From PVC group bacterium (GTDB taxonomy: Bacteria > Verrucomicrobiota > Kiritimatiellia > CAIKKV01), in NCBI GenBank assembly GCA_945898015.1, contig CAMDGM010000003.1:14618-78617 (forward strand): 64,000 bases of DNA, in the 5' to 3' direction. The translations under genes were made by a program, and so were the position numbers. Within the stretch, counting starts at the first letter, position 1, and the number at the start of each line of letters is the position of its first letter. Positions 1-8,781 of this stretch are shown here, piece after piece. The notes under the pieces were generated by a model. The model was not told the DNA's origin. It did not search any database and saw only the letters and a list, made by a program, of their open reading frames with translations.

Positions 1-2
1 GC

Positions 3-362
3 GCGCCGCTGAATCCGCGTTATAACGATTGCTTTATGCTGGGCTTGTACGCGGCGCTGACGCTGTGCGTGATTCGGGAGGCCTGGCGGCACGGATGTCC
101 GCGGGCGGGCCTGGGGCGGATGGCGTGGAACGGGTTGGTCGGGGGGGCGGGCTCGGTCGTGGGCATGGCGTTGACGGCCCGGGTGTCGGGCCTGCCCGGC
201 GGGATCGGGTTTGCCGCGATTTCCGTGGCCTCCGTGCTGGCGGGCGCGCTGCTGACGTCGTTCGGGTTTCACGAGAAGCGGGGCCCGGCCTGGTATGCCA
301 CCCTGGTGCTGGCCGTGGTGTCGGTGTTGTTGTTCAATCTTTCCGGGTTGGTTGCAGCCTGA
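3..362 (+). CDS. C-terminal part of a hydrophobic membrane protein whose gene starts upstream of the window (partial)
   Basis: Open frame runs in from the window edge; translation is TM-helix-like (LVLAVVSVLLFNLSGLVAA); no recognisable family. Confidence 0.3.
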   Translation, partial: APLNPRYNDCFMLGLYAALTLCVIREAWRHGCPRAGLGRMAWNGLVGGAGSVVGMALTARVSGLPGGIGFAAISVASVLAGALLTSFGFHEKRGPAWYATLVLAVVSVLLFNLSGLVAA

Positions 363-410
363 TATTTCGGTTGGCATCCCCGGCGGATCGCGTCTACAGT
401 AGGGGCTGGT

Positions 411-1256
411 ATGGATCGGCAGGAGGATGTGGTGAAAGTCGTTAAGCAATGGATTGTTCATCCCGGCCGGCCGGCGAAGCTGGGGAAGCGGGATCCCGGC
501 GCCACGCCAGGCTGCCCGTCCAAAGCGCAGGCCGTCGAGGAGTTGCCAGGGATGCTGGAGGAGCTGCGGGCCCTGCAATATCGCCTGTTCGCGGAGAACC
601 GGCGCACGGTGCTGGTGGTGCTGCAGGCCATGGACGCGGCCGGCAAGGACGGCCTGGTGCGCGGCGTTTTTTCGGGGCTGAACCCGCAGGGCTGCACGGT
701 CACGTCGTTTAAGGCGCCTTCCCCGGAGGAGCTGCACCACGACTTTCTGTGGCGCATCCACAAGGCGGTTCCGCCCCATGGCGAAATCGGCGTGTTCAAT
801 CGTTCGCATTACGAGGACGTGCTGGTCGTGCGCGTGCACGATCTCGTTCCGCGCGAGGTGTGGAAAGCCCGGTATGACCAGATTAACGCGTTCGAGAATC
901 TGCTGGCCGCCAACGGCGTCACGCTGGTGAAGATTTATCTGCATATCAGCCGCGAGGAGCAGAAGAAGCGGCTGCTGGAGCGGCTGGACAATCCCGAGCG
1001 GAACTGGAAATTCAGCGAGGCGGATTTGGCGGAGCGGAAATACTGGAACGATTACGAGGCCGCCTATGAGGCGGCGCTGGGCCGGTGCAGCACGCCGGCG
1101 GCGCCCTGGCATGTGATCCCCGCCGATCACAAGTGGTATCGCAACTGGGCGGTGGCGCATCTTCTGTTGCGCACTCTGCGGGACATGAAGTTGACGTATC
1201 CGGCGCCCCGGGGCGACGTGGCCACCCTCAAGCGCAAGCTGCGCGCGATGAAGTAA
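411..1256 (+). CDS. ppk2: Polyphosphate kinase 2 (PPK2) family phosphotransferase
   Basis: Walker-A-like 'AMDAAGKDG', PPK2-type length and conserved blocks (FNRSHYEDVLVVRVH, WHVIPADHKWYRNW); possible GTG start at 429/432 after AGGAGG. Confidence 0.75.
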   Translation: MDRQEDVVKVVKQWIVHPGRPAKLGKRDPGATPGCPSKAQAVEELPGMLEELRALQYRLFAENRRTVLVVLQAMDAAGKDGLVRGVFSGLNPQGCTVTSFKAPSPEELHHDFLWRIHKAVPPHGEIGVFNRSHYEDVLVVRVHDLVPREVWKARYDQINAFENLLAANGVTLVKIYLHISREEQKKRLLERLDNPERNWKFSEADLAERKYWNDYEAAYEAALGRCSTPAAPWHVIPADHKWYRNWAVAHLLLRTLRDMKLTYPAPRGDVATLKRKLRAMK

Positions 1257-1265
1257 GGAATTGAT

Positions 1266-3770
1266 ATGCCCGTGAAGTCCGTTAAGAAAACCGCGCCCAA
1301 GGCGCCGCCCGCGTTCCCGACCGTGTCCATGACCGCCCGGGGGCTGCGCGATGATTTTGACCGCCACCTTCGCTACACCATGGCCAAGGACCGGTCCCAC
1401 GCCACCGACCGCGACCGGTACGAGGCGCTGGCCCGCTCCGTGTGGGACCGCCTGGTGGAGCGCTGGATCCAGACCCAGCGCACGTATCAGCGCAAGAATC
1501 CCAAGCGGATCAATTACCTGTCCGTCGAATTCCTGATGGGGCGGCTGCTGGGCAACAACGTGATCAACCTCCAGATCGAGGACCAGTGCCGGGAGGCGCT
1601 CTCGGCCCTGGGCCTGGACTGGAACCTGCTGCGCGAATACGAGAGCGACGCCGGGCTGGGCAACGGCGGCCTCGGCCGGCTGGCCGCCTGTTTCCTTGAT
1701 TCCATGGCCACGCTGGCGCTGCCCGCCATGGGCTACGGGCTTTTTTATGATTACGGCATTTTCAAGCAGCGCATTGCGGATGGCGCCCAGGTGGAGGAGC
1801 CCGACCGCTGGCTCAAGGACGGGTATCCGTGGGCCCTGATCCGCCGGGAATACGCCTATGAGGTGCAGTTCGGGGGGGTGGTTGAAACGGCGACCTATGA
1901 CGAGGGGGCGTCGATTCACTGGACGGCGGGCACCAGCGTGACGGGCGTGGCGCACGACATCCCGATCGTGGGGTACGGCGGCCACACCGTCAACACGCTC
2001 CGGCTCTGGTCGGCCCACGCCGCGGACGAGTTTAATCTGGAGGATTTCAACCGCGGGTCGTATGTGGATGCGGTGGAAAACAAGGTGCTGGCCGAGAACC
2101 TGACCAAGGTGCTGTATCCGAATGACGCGATTTCCGAAGGCAAAGAGCTGCGGCTGAAGCAGCAGTACTTCTTTGTGAGCTGCTCGCTGCAGGATATCCT
2201 CCGGCGTTTTGTCCAGGACAACGGCCGCGCGTGGCACAAGCTGCCCGCCAAGGTGTTCGTGCAGCTGAACGACACCCACCCCGCCTTGGCGATTCCGGAG
2301 CTGATGCGGCTGCTGATGGATCGTGAAAAACTCGCCTGGGACCAGGCCTGGGAATTGACGCGCGCCTGCATGGGATACACGAACCACACGGTCCTGCCGG
2401 AAGCGCTTGAACACTGGGGAGTGCCCTTGTTTGCGAGACTCCTGCCGCGGCATTTGCAGATTATTTTCGAGATCAACGCCCGCTTCCTGCGGGATGTGGC
2501 CCTGCAGTATCCGGGCGACCTGGACCGGCTCGAGCGGGTCAGCTTGATTGGCGAACGGGGCGAGAAGCAGGTGCGTATGGCCAACCTGGCCGTGGTGGGG
2601 TCCTGTTCCGTGAACGGCGTGGCCGAACTGCACAGCCGCATCCTGCGCGAGCGGTTGTTCAAGGATTTCGCCGAACAGTGGCCGGAGAAGTTTAGCAACA
2701 AGACCAACGGCATCACCCAGCGCCGGTGGCTGCTCAAAGCCAACCCCGGGCTTGCCGCCCTGGTGACCGGCGCCATCGGCCCCGGCTGGATCACGGACCT
2801 GGACGAGCTGCGCAAGCTGGAAGCATTTCTGGATGACGAAGCGTTCCTGGTGCGGTTCCGTTCGGTCAAGCAGGCCAACAAGAAAGCGCTGGCGTCCCTG
2901 ATCCTTTCCACCGTGGGCGTGGCGGTCTCGCCGGACTCGCTGTTCGACGTGCAGGTCAAGCGGCTGCACGAGTACAAGCGGCAGCTCCTGCTGGCCCTGT
3001 ACATCGTGGTGCTTTACAACCGGCTGGTGGCCAATCCGACGATGGATGTCCAGCCGCGCACCTTCATCTTCGCGGCCAAGGCGGCGCCGGGGTATGCGAT
3101 GGCCAAGCGGATCATCCGGTTCCTGCATGCCGTGGCCGCCGTGGTCAACGGCACCCCGTCGCTGGACCACAAGCTGAAGGTTGTGTTTCTGCCTGATTAT
3201 CGCGTGTCGCTGGCGGAAAGGATCATTCCGGCCGCCAACCTGAGCGAGCAGATTTCGCTGGCCGGGACGGAGGCCTCCGGCACGGGGAACATGAAGCTGA
3301 TGCTCAACGGCGCGCTGACCATCGGCACGCTGGATGGTGCCACGATCGAGATCCGTGACGAGGTGGGCGAGGAGAACCTGTTCCTGTTCGGCATGACGGC
3401 CGACGAGGTGGACCAACGGCGGCCCGGGTATAATCCCCGCGAGACGGCTAGCCGGGATCCGGAGATTCACGCGGCGCTGGAGCGGATCCGCAAAAACGTG
3501 TTTTCGCTGCTCAAGCCCGGCGAATTCGATCCCATCCTGCGCGCGTTGCTGGACGAGGGCGACCGGTACATGCTGCTGGCCGACCTGCGCAGTTATATCG
3601 AGGCGCAGGAGAAGGTGGATGCGCTTTATCGCCGGCCCATGGAGTGGGACCGCATGGCGTTGCTGAACGTGGCGCGCGCGGGGAAGTTTTCATCCGATCG
3701 CACGATTCGGCAGTATGCGTCGGACATCTGGCAGGTTACGCCGTGTCCGGTCGAAACGCGCGGCGGGTAG
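1266..3770 (+). CDS. glgP: Glycogen/alpha-glucan phosphorylase
   Basis: 834 aa; pyridoxal-phosphate site 'EASGTGNMKLMLNGALTIGTLDGATIEI'; typical GT35 blocks; RBS AAGGA upstream. Confidence 0.9.
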   Translation: MPVKSVKKTAPKAPPAFPTVSMTARGLRDDFDRHLRYTMAKDRSHATDRDRYEALARSVWDRLVERWIQTQRTYQRKNPKRINYLSVEFLMGRLLGNNVINLQIEDQCREALSALGLDWNLLREYESDAGLGNGGLGRLAACFLDSMATLALPAMGYGLFYDYGIFKQRIADGAQVEEPDRWLKDGYPWALIRREYAYEVQFGGVVETATYDEGASIHWTAGTSVTGVAHDIPIVGYGGHTVNTLRLWSAHAADEFNLEDFNRGSYVDAVENKVLAENLTKVLYPNDAISEGKELRLKQQYFFVSCSLQDILRRFVQDNGRAWHKLPAKVFVQLNDTHPALAIPELMRLLMDREKLAWDQAWELTRACMGYTNHTVLPEALEHWGVPLFARLLPRHLQIIFEINARFLRDVALQYPGDLDRLERVSLIGERGEKQVRMANLAVVGSCSVNGVAELHSRILRERLFKDFAEQWPEKFSNKTNGITQRRWLLKANPGLAALVTGAIGPGWITDLDELRKLEAFLDDEAFLVRFRSVKQANKKALASLILSTVGVAVSPDSLFDVQVKRLHEYKRQLLLALYIVVLYNRLVANPTMDVQPRTFIFAAKAAPGYAMAKRIIRFLHAVAAVVNGTPSLDHKLKVVFLPDYRVSLAERIIPAANLSEQISLAGTEASGTGNMKLMLNGALTIGTLDGATIEIRDEVGEENLFLFGMTADEVDQRRPGYNPRETASRDPEIHAALERIRKNVFSLLKPGEFDPILRALLDEGDRYMLLADLRSYIEAQEKVDALYRRPMEWDRMALLNVARAGKFSSDRTIRQYASDIWQVTPCPVETRGG

Positions 3771-3777
3771 GGGAGGC

Positions 3778-4254
3778 ATGATGAAAACGCTGGTGGTGTT
3801 TTATTCCCGGACGGGCCGCACGAGAAAAGCGGCGGAAAAGCTGGCGGAGCTGCTGGGCGCGGAGACGGAGGAGCTGGTGGAGCCGGGCAAGGACCGCGGG
3901 GGCGCGGTGGGCTTCATGCTGGCCGGCCGGGATGCCATGTTGAAGCGGCCGGTGGAGCTGGCGCCGGTGGCGAAGGATCCCGCGGCGTTCGACCGGGTGG
4001 TGCTGGGCAGTCCCGTGTGGGCGTTCACGATGTGTCCGGCGATCCGGGCGTATGCGGCGGCTCATGCCGGCGCGATCCGGACGGCCGCGTTTTTCTGTAC
4101 GCATGGCGGGGGCGGGCCGTCCAAAAGCTTTTCCCAGGCTGAGGCGGTGCTGGGCAAGCCCCTGATCGCCACGCTGTCCCTGCTCGACAAGGCGATTGAC
4201 CGCGGCGAGGTTGACGCGGACCTGGCGGCCTTCGCCAAACGACTGACAGGCTAG
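3778..4254 (+). CDS. Flavodoxin-like protein
   Basis: 'MMKTLVVFYSRTGRTRKAAEKLAELLGAE' flavodoxin N-terminal FMN-binding loop; GGAGG RBS; short alpha/beta protein. Confidence 0.6.
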   Translation: MMKTLVVFYSRTGRTRKAAEKLAELLGAETEELVEPGKDRGGAVGFMLAGRDAMLKRPVELAPVAKDPAAFDRVVLGSPVWAFTMCPAIRAYAAAHAGAIRTAAFFCTHGGGGPSKSFSQAEAVLGKPLIATLSLLDKAIDRGEVDADLAAFAKRLTG

Positions 4255-4268
4255 TTCAAGGAGACGGT

Positions 4269-5159
4269 ATGCAGGTGCTGGACAAAAAGGAAATCGTGCG
4301 GATCTGCCGCATCAAAGTCGAGGAGTTTGGCCGGAATCGGCCGCGGGTGCCGTACCGGGTGGTGAAGGATTCCGCCGAGATGGGCGAGGTCATGGCGCAC
4401 GAGCTGGCTGACCTGGTCGCGGCCCACAATAAGGCGCGCAAGCCGACCCGCGCCATCGTGCCCTGCGGCCCCATGGCGTGGTATAAGCCCTTTGCCCGAA
4501 TCGTCAACGAAGAGCGCCTCTCCCTCAAGAAGCTGACTGTGTTCCACATGGACGAATGCCTGGACTGGCAGGGGCGCCTGCTGCCCAAAAGTCATCCGCT
4601 GAATTTCCGTGCCGTGATGGAGGAGGTCTTTTACGGCCCCATCAAGGCGGCGCTGGCGGTGCCCGTGGCGCAGCGGTTCTGGATGCAGCCCGATCTTTTG
4701 CCGGTCTACCGGAAGGCGTTCTGGGCCGCGCCCATCGACCTGTGCCTGGGCGGGTGGGGGCAGGATGGCCACATCGCCTACAACCAGGCGCGGCGCGAAC
4801 CGTTCAGCCCCGTCTCCCTGGACGAGCTGCGGAACGCGGAAATGCGTGTCCAGAATAACAATTGGGACACGGTGCTGGCTCTGGGCCAGCGGAATTTCGG
4901 GAGCGCGTACCAGCTCGTGCCGCCCATGTCGTGCACGATCGGGATCAAGGAGTGCCTGTCGGCGAAGCGGATGCGGGTGTTCAGTGATACGGGCGCCTGG
5001 AAGATGACGGCGTTCCGCGCCGCCCTATTCGCGCCGCCCTGCGCGGAGTATCCACTGACCCTTTTACAGGAACATCCTGACGCGGTGGTCACGGCCACGC
5101 GCGAGACGGCCGACCACCCGCTCTCCCGGCATCCGGAGTGGACGTTTCCCGGGGCCTAG
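4269..5159 (+). CDS. Glucosamine-6-phosphate deaminase / 6-phosphogluconolactonase family protein (NagB/Pgl-like)
   Basis: 'LTVFHMDECLD' motif typical of NagB/6PGL fold; AAGGAG RBS. Confidence 0.55.
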   Translation: MQVLDKKEIVRICRIKVEEFGRNRPRVPYRVVKDSAEMGEVMAHELADLVAAHNKARKPTRAIVPCGPMAWYKPFARIVNEERLSLKKLTVFHMDECLDWQGRLLPKSHPLNFRAVMEEVFYGPIKAALAVPVAQRFWMQPDLLPVYRKAFWAAPIDLCLGGWGQDGHIAYNQARREPFSPVSLDELRNAEMRVQNNNWDTVLALGQRNFGSAYQLVPPMSCTIGIKECLSAKRMRVFSDTGAWKMTAFRAALFAPPCAEYPLTLLQEHPDAVVTATRETADHPLSRHPEWTFPGA

Positions 5160-5362
5160 CCCAGCTCGAGCTTCACGAGCATGTCGCGGATCAGGCGGAT
5201 GTGGCGGGTTTCCTCGTCTTTCAGCCGCTCCAGAAGTTCCTGGACGGGCTTGATCTTGCACTGCAGGATGGCGTGGTCGTAAAAGTCGTGCGCCTGCTGC
5301 TCCTTGGCGAGGGCGGCTTTCAGAAGCTCGCCGGTCGAGCTGATCGGTCGGGGGGTGTCCAT
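5156..5362 (-). CDS. Small rubrerythrin/ferritin-like helical protein (68 aa)
   Basis: E..H-type pairs (KEQQAHDFY, DEETRHIRLI); AGGAGC RBS; stop overlaps the stop of the convergent neighbour. Confidence 0.4.
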   Translation of the reverse strand: MDTPRPISSTGELLKAALAKEQQAHDFYDHAILQCKIKPVQELLERLKDEETRHIRLIRDMLVKLELG

Positions 5363-5479
5363 GGGAAGCTCCTGGCTAATGATGTCTCTCCTTTTATCAG
5401 GTTGCCGCCGCCGAGGAAAGCATTGATGCGGGTTCCGGAATGGGGTAGCCTGACATCGTCATTCACCCCAAGGAGCGGT

Positions 5480-6790
5480 ATGAGCAGCGGGAATACCAGG
5501 ATTGCTTTGGCCTATGGGTCGAGCGTGTTGACGGCGGCCTTTCCCGCCGCCCGCACGGACGTGATCGAGCCGCGGCATGCGGCGGGCCTGCCGGATGAAC
5601 GCGCGGCGTTCCAGGCGGCGCTGGAGCGGCCGATTGGCGCGCCTCCGCTGAGGGCGTGGATCAAGCCGGGCGCCCGCGTCTGCATCGTGTTCACCGACAT
5701 CACCCGGGCCACGCCCAATGAGCGGATCATTCCCTGGCTGCTGGATGCGCTCCGGGAGGTGCCCCGCGAGCACGTGACGCTGATCAACGGCCTGGGCACG
5801 CATCGGCCGAATACGCCAGCCGAACTGGAAAAAATGCTTACCCCGGCAGTGGTCCGGGGCTGGCGCGTGATCAACCATGAGCCCGGGAACCCGGCGGCGC
5901 TGGCGGAGGTCGGGCGGTTGGACAACGGGCGGCCGGCGTTGATCCACAAGGCCGTGGTGGACGCGGATGTCCGCATCCTGACGGGCTTTATCGAGCCGCA
6001 TTTTTTCGCGGGATTCAGTGGGGGCCCCAAGGCGATCCTGCCCGGCGTGGCGGGGCAGGACAGCGTGGAGGACAATCATGGGGCGGCTCACATCGCCGAC
6101 CCGGCCGCCTCGTTCGGGATCACGGCGGGGAATCCGATCTGGGAGGAGATGGCCCGGATTGCGCGGGCGGTGGGGCCGTCGTTCCTGGTGAATGTGGCGC
6201 TGAACGCGGAGAAGCGGATCACGGGCGTGTTTGCGGGCGAGCTGTTCGCGGCGCATGCGGCGGGGTGCGCCTTCGTGAAGGCGTCGGCGATGCAGGCGGT
6301 GGCGCGGGAGTACGAGGTGGTGGTGACGACGAACAGCGGGTATCCGCTGGATTTGAATTTATACCAGGGCGTGAAGGGGCTGAGCGCGGGCGCGCGGATC
6401 GTCCGGCCGGGCGGATTGCTGATCCTGGCGTGCGAGTGCCGGGAAGGCGTGCCGGCCGGCAGTCCGTTCGACCGGCTGCTGCGCGGTTCGCCGGGTCCGG
6501 CGGAGGTGTTGAAGACGATTTCGGCCCCGGGGTTTCGGGCGCCCGAACAGTGGCAGGCCCAGATCCTGGCGCTGATCGGGCTGCGGGCGCGGCTCATGCT
6601 TTACAGCGGATTGCCGGAGGAGGCGGTGCGGGCCGCGCATTTTGAGCCATGCCGGGATATTGAGGCCGCCGTGGCGCGCGAGCTGGCGGCCCGGGGACCC
6701 GAGGCCCGCGTGGCGGTGTTGCCGCTGGGTCCGCTCACGATTCCGTACCGTCCCCGCGAGCCGCAGGACGGATTTTCGGCGGCGGGTTGA
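5480..6790 (+). CDS. LarA-like (lactate-racemase family, DUF2088) protein
   Basis: 'LINGLGTHRPNTPAELEKML' GTHR block and overall LarA-like architecture; start moved to ATG 5480 behind AGGAGC RBS (the upstream extension in the ORF track has no RBS). Confidence 0.55.
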   Translation: MSSGNTRIALAYGSSVLTAAFPAARTDVIEPRHAAGLPDERAAFQAALERPIGAPPLRAWIKPGARVCIVFTDITRATPNERIIPWLLDALREVPREHVTLINGLGTHRPNTPAELEKMLTPAVVRGWRVINHEPGNPAALAEVGRLDNGRPALIHKAVVDADVRILTGFIEPHFFAGFSGGPKAILPGVAGQDSVEDNHGAAHIADPAASFGITAGNPIWEEMARIARAVGPSFLVNVALNAEKRITGVFAGELFAAHAAGCAFVKASAMQAVAREYEVVVTTNSGYPLDLNLYQGVKGLSAGARIVRPGGLLILACECREGVPAGSPFDRLLRGSPGPAEVLKTISAPGFRAPEQWQAQILALIGLRARLMLYSGLPEEAVRAAHFEPCRDIEAAVARELAARGPEARVAVLPLGPLTIPYRPREPQDGFSAAG

Positions 6791-6814
6791 GCGGGCGTGC
6801 CCGCCGTGGTGGGT

Positions 6815-7062
6815 TGCGTCGTTTCGGGCGCAAATGGCCGGCCGCTTTCGGGCGGATCCGCCTTCCGGCTGGAGGCGTCGGGGCACGAGCCCACGCCGCC
6901 TCGCCGTCAGGCGGCTGCGCCTCGAAATCGGCGCGTCCATTTTCGCCTGATCGAAACGTCGCAACCGGGTCCACTCGCGCGCCCGGCCATCTATCGATGA
7001 GCCTCGGGCGGCGCGCGATCTCGGTTCCCGTGCCAAGCCCGCAGTAATATTGATGTTCAAAG
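6815..7062 (+). repeat. Structured GC-rich dispersed repeat, copy 1 (full length, + orientation)
   Basis: ~85% identical to 21520-21745; contains palindrome GGCGGATCCGCC, hairpin GGAGGCGTCGGGGCACGAGCCCACGCCGCCTC, core CGCCTGATCGAAACG(T/C)CGCAA. Confidence 0.8.
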
Positions 7063-7290
7063 AGTCGAGCCTTGGTCTCACGGGCTTTTGTTGGAAGCCG
7101 TCTCGCGCGCCGCCCGAGCGAGCGCGACAGCGCCGCGGGCGCGCGAAGGCGTTGTCGTTGCGGCGTTTCGATTAGCGGAAATGAGCGAGCTGATTTTGGA
7201 GCTCAGCCAGCCGACAACGGAGCGGCGTGGGCTGGTGCCCCGACGCTCCCAGGTGGAGGCTGGATCAGCCCAAAAGCAGCCGCGCATTAA
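7062..7290 (-). repeat. Same repeat family, copy 2 (inverted orientation, abutting copy 1 tail-to-tail)
   Basis: Reverse complement of 7141-7290 aligns to 6840-6975; reverse complement of 7062-7140 aligns to the middle module of the 11.4 kb copy. Confidence 0.75.
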
Positions 7291-7294
7291 CGCC

Positions 7295-7385
7295 GAAACG
7301 CCGCAACCCGACGGGTCATCCCGCATCGTTTATTGGCCAGCATGGCCGAAAGGGGAAATCCTAGACGTGGTTTTGGGGCCATTCT
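7295..7385 (+). repeat. Same repeat family, copy 3 (partial 3' module)
   Basis: 'CGAAACGCCGCAACCCGACGGG...GCCAGCATGGCCGAAAGGGGAAATCCTAG' matches 42.3 kb and 11.4 kb copies. Confidence 0.7.
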
Positions 7386-7482
7386 TACCGCTTGTCTTCC
7401 GGGTATCCTCCGGCCATAATCCTGGCGTGGCGGTTCTGTAACACGCCGGGGTGCCTTGACATTGTTTAGCGGGAGGAACGTG

Positions 7483-8748
7483 ATGAGCATGCGCAGGCTT
7501 GCCGTGTTGGTCTTGGCCGGACTCGCGACGGTGTCCGCGGCGGATGTGACGAACACCGTGGATCCCAAGGCCGAAGCGGTGCTTCAGTCCGTATCCGACT
7601 ATTTCAAGGCGGCGCCGTCCTTCAAGGTGGAGATGGAAGCCGAGACCCGGATCGAGGCCGAGGATATGAAGCAGGAGTTCACCACCCGGGCCGTCCTGGC
7701 GGTGAAACAGCCGGACAAGCTCGCGATGACGGTCAAGAACAGCATGATCGGGACGATGGTCCTGGTGTGCGACGGTACCAATGTCACCGCCTTTCTCCCG
7801 GCCTTCAACCGGTACACGGTCAAGCCCTCGGGCGGATCGCTGGAGCAGCTTTCCCTGGTCATGGGGGGGGCGTCTCCCGCCTGCCTGCCGGTCGTTTCCG
7901 CGCTGATGGAGCGCGACCCGTATGACGCGCTGGTGAAAGACGCGTCCCGCATCCAATACCTGGGCGAGGAAAAGCGGGGCGAGGTTGCCTGCCATCGCTT
8001 GAAATTCACGCATCCGGAGTTTGATTGCGAGGCCTGGATCCGGACCGGCCCCCAGCCGTTGATCGAAGCGGTCAAGCCCTGTCTGGCCAAAATGGGACTG
8101 GCGGGAAAATTGCCGCCCGGCATGAAGACCGACGTGATTCTCAACCTGACGGGATGGGAAGTTGGCACGGACCTGCCCGCCGCTTTGTTCGCCATGACGC
8201 TTCCGCCGGAGGCCCAAAAAGCGGACTCCCTTTTCCCGGGGCAGTCGGAGGAAGAACCGGTGGAAGTGGATCCCACGGAGGCCCTCCGGCTGAAGCCGGC
8301 GCCGACGTTCCGGTTGCCGTTACTGGCGGGCGGGACATTCGATTTGGCGGCGCAGAAAGGCCAGGCCGTTTCCGTGCTGTGCTTCTGGACCACGTGGGCC
8401 GGCCCCTGTCGGCTCGCCCTTCCCATGCTTGAAAAACTGGCCGCCGCCTTCAAGGACAAAGGGGTGGCGGTCGTGGGCATCAATCAGCAGGAAGGGGATG
8501 CCGCGATCAAGGAATTTCTGGGGAATGCCGGGGTGACGATTCCCGTGGCGCTCGATGGCGGCAGCGAGGTGGCCGGGCTTTACCAGGTGGCGGGGGTCCC
8601 CCAGATCGTGGTGGTCGATAAAAGCGGCCTCGTGCGCGAGGTCTATATGGGCTATGGAAAAAGCCTCGAGGACGAATTGCGGGTTGTGCTCGAGGCGCTG
8701 ACCGCCCCGCCGCCCGCGGCTCCTCCGGGCGCGCCGGCCGGGCCATAG
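7483..8748 (+). CDS. Secreted LolA-like (DUF2092-type) domain fused to TlpA/ResA-like thioredoxin-fold domain (atypical WAGPC site)
   Basis: Signal peptide MSMRRLAVLVLAGLATVSA; C-terminal 'FWTTWAGPCRLALP...VVGIN...GVPQIVVVD' thioredoxin-like fold; GGGAGG RBS. Confidence 0.6.
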   Translation: MSMRRLAVLVLAGLATVSAADVTNTVDPKAEAVLQSVSDYFKAAPSFKVEMEAETRIEAEDMKQEFTTRAVLAVKQPDKLAMTVKNSMIGTMVLVCDGTNVTAFLPAFNRYTVKPSGGSLEQLSLVMGGASPACLPVVSALMERDPYDALVKDASRIQYLGEEKRGEVACHRLKFTHPEFDCEAWIRTGPQPLIEAVKPCLAKMGLAGKLPPGMKTDVILNLTGWEVGTDLPAALFAMTLPPEAQKADSLFPGQSEEEPVEVDPTEALRLKPAPTFRLPLLAGGTFDLAAQKGQAVSVLCFWTTWAGPCRLALPMLEKLAAAFKDKGVAVVGINQQEGDAAIKEFLGNAGVTIPVALDGGSEVAGLYQVAGVPQIVVVDKSGLVREVYMGYGKSLEDELRVVLEALTAPPPAAPPGAPAGP

Positions 8749-8781
8749 ACACTCCGCATTTAGTCCTGACCCTTTGGCGCC

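Noticed and set aside
7330-8217. 295-aa ORF on the minus strand, antisense to the LolA-thioredoxin gene
   Set aside because: Arg/His/Gly-rich low-complexity translation typical of antisense frames in high-GC DNA; the sense strand has signal peptide, RBS and recognisable domain
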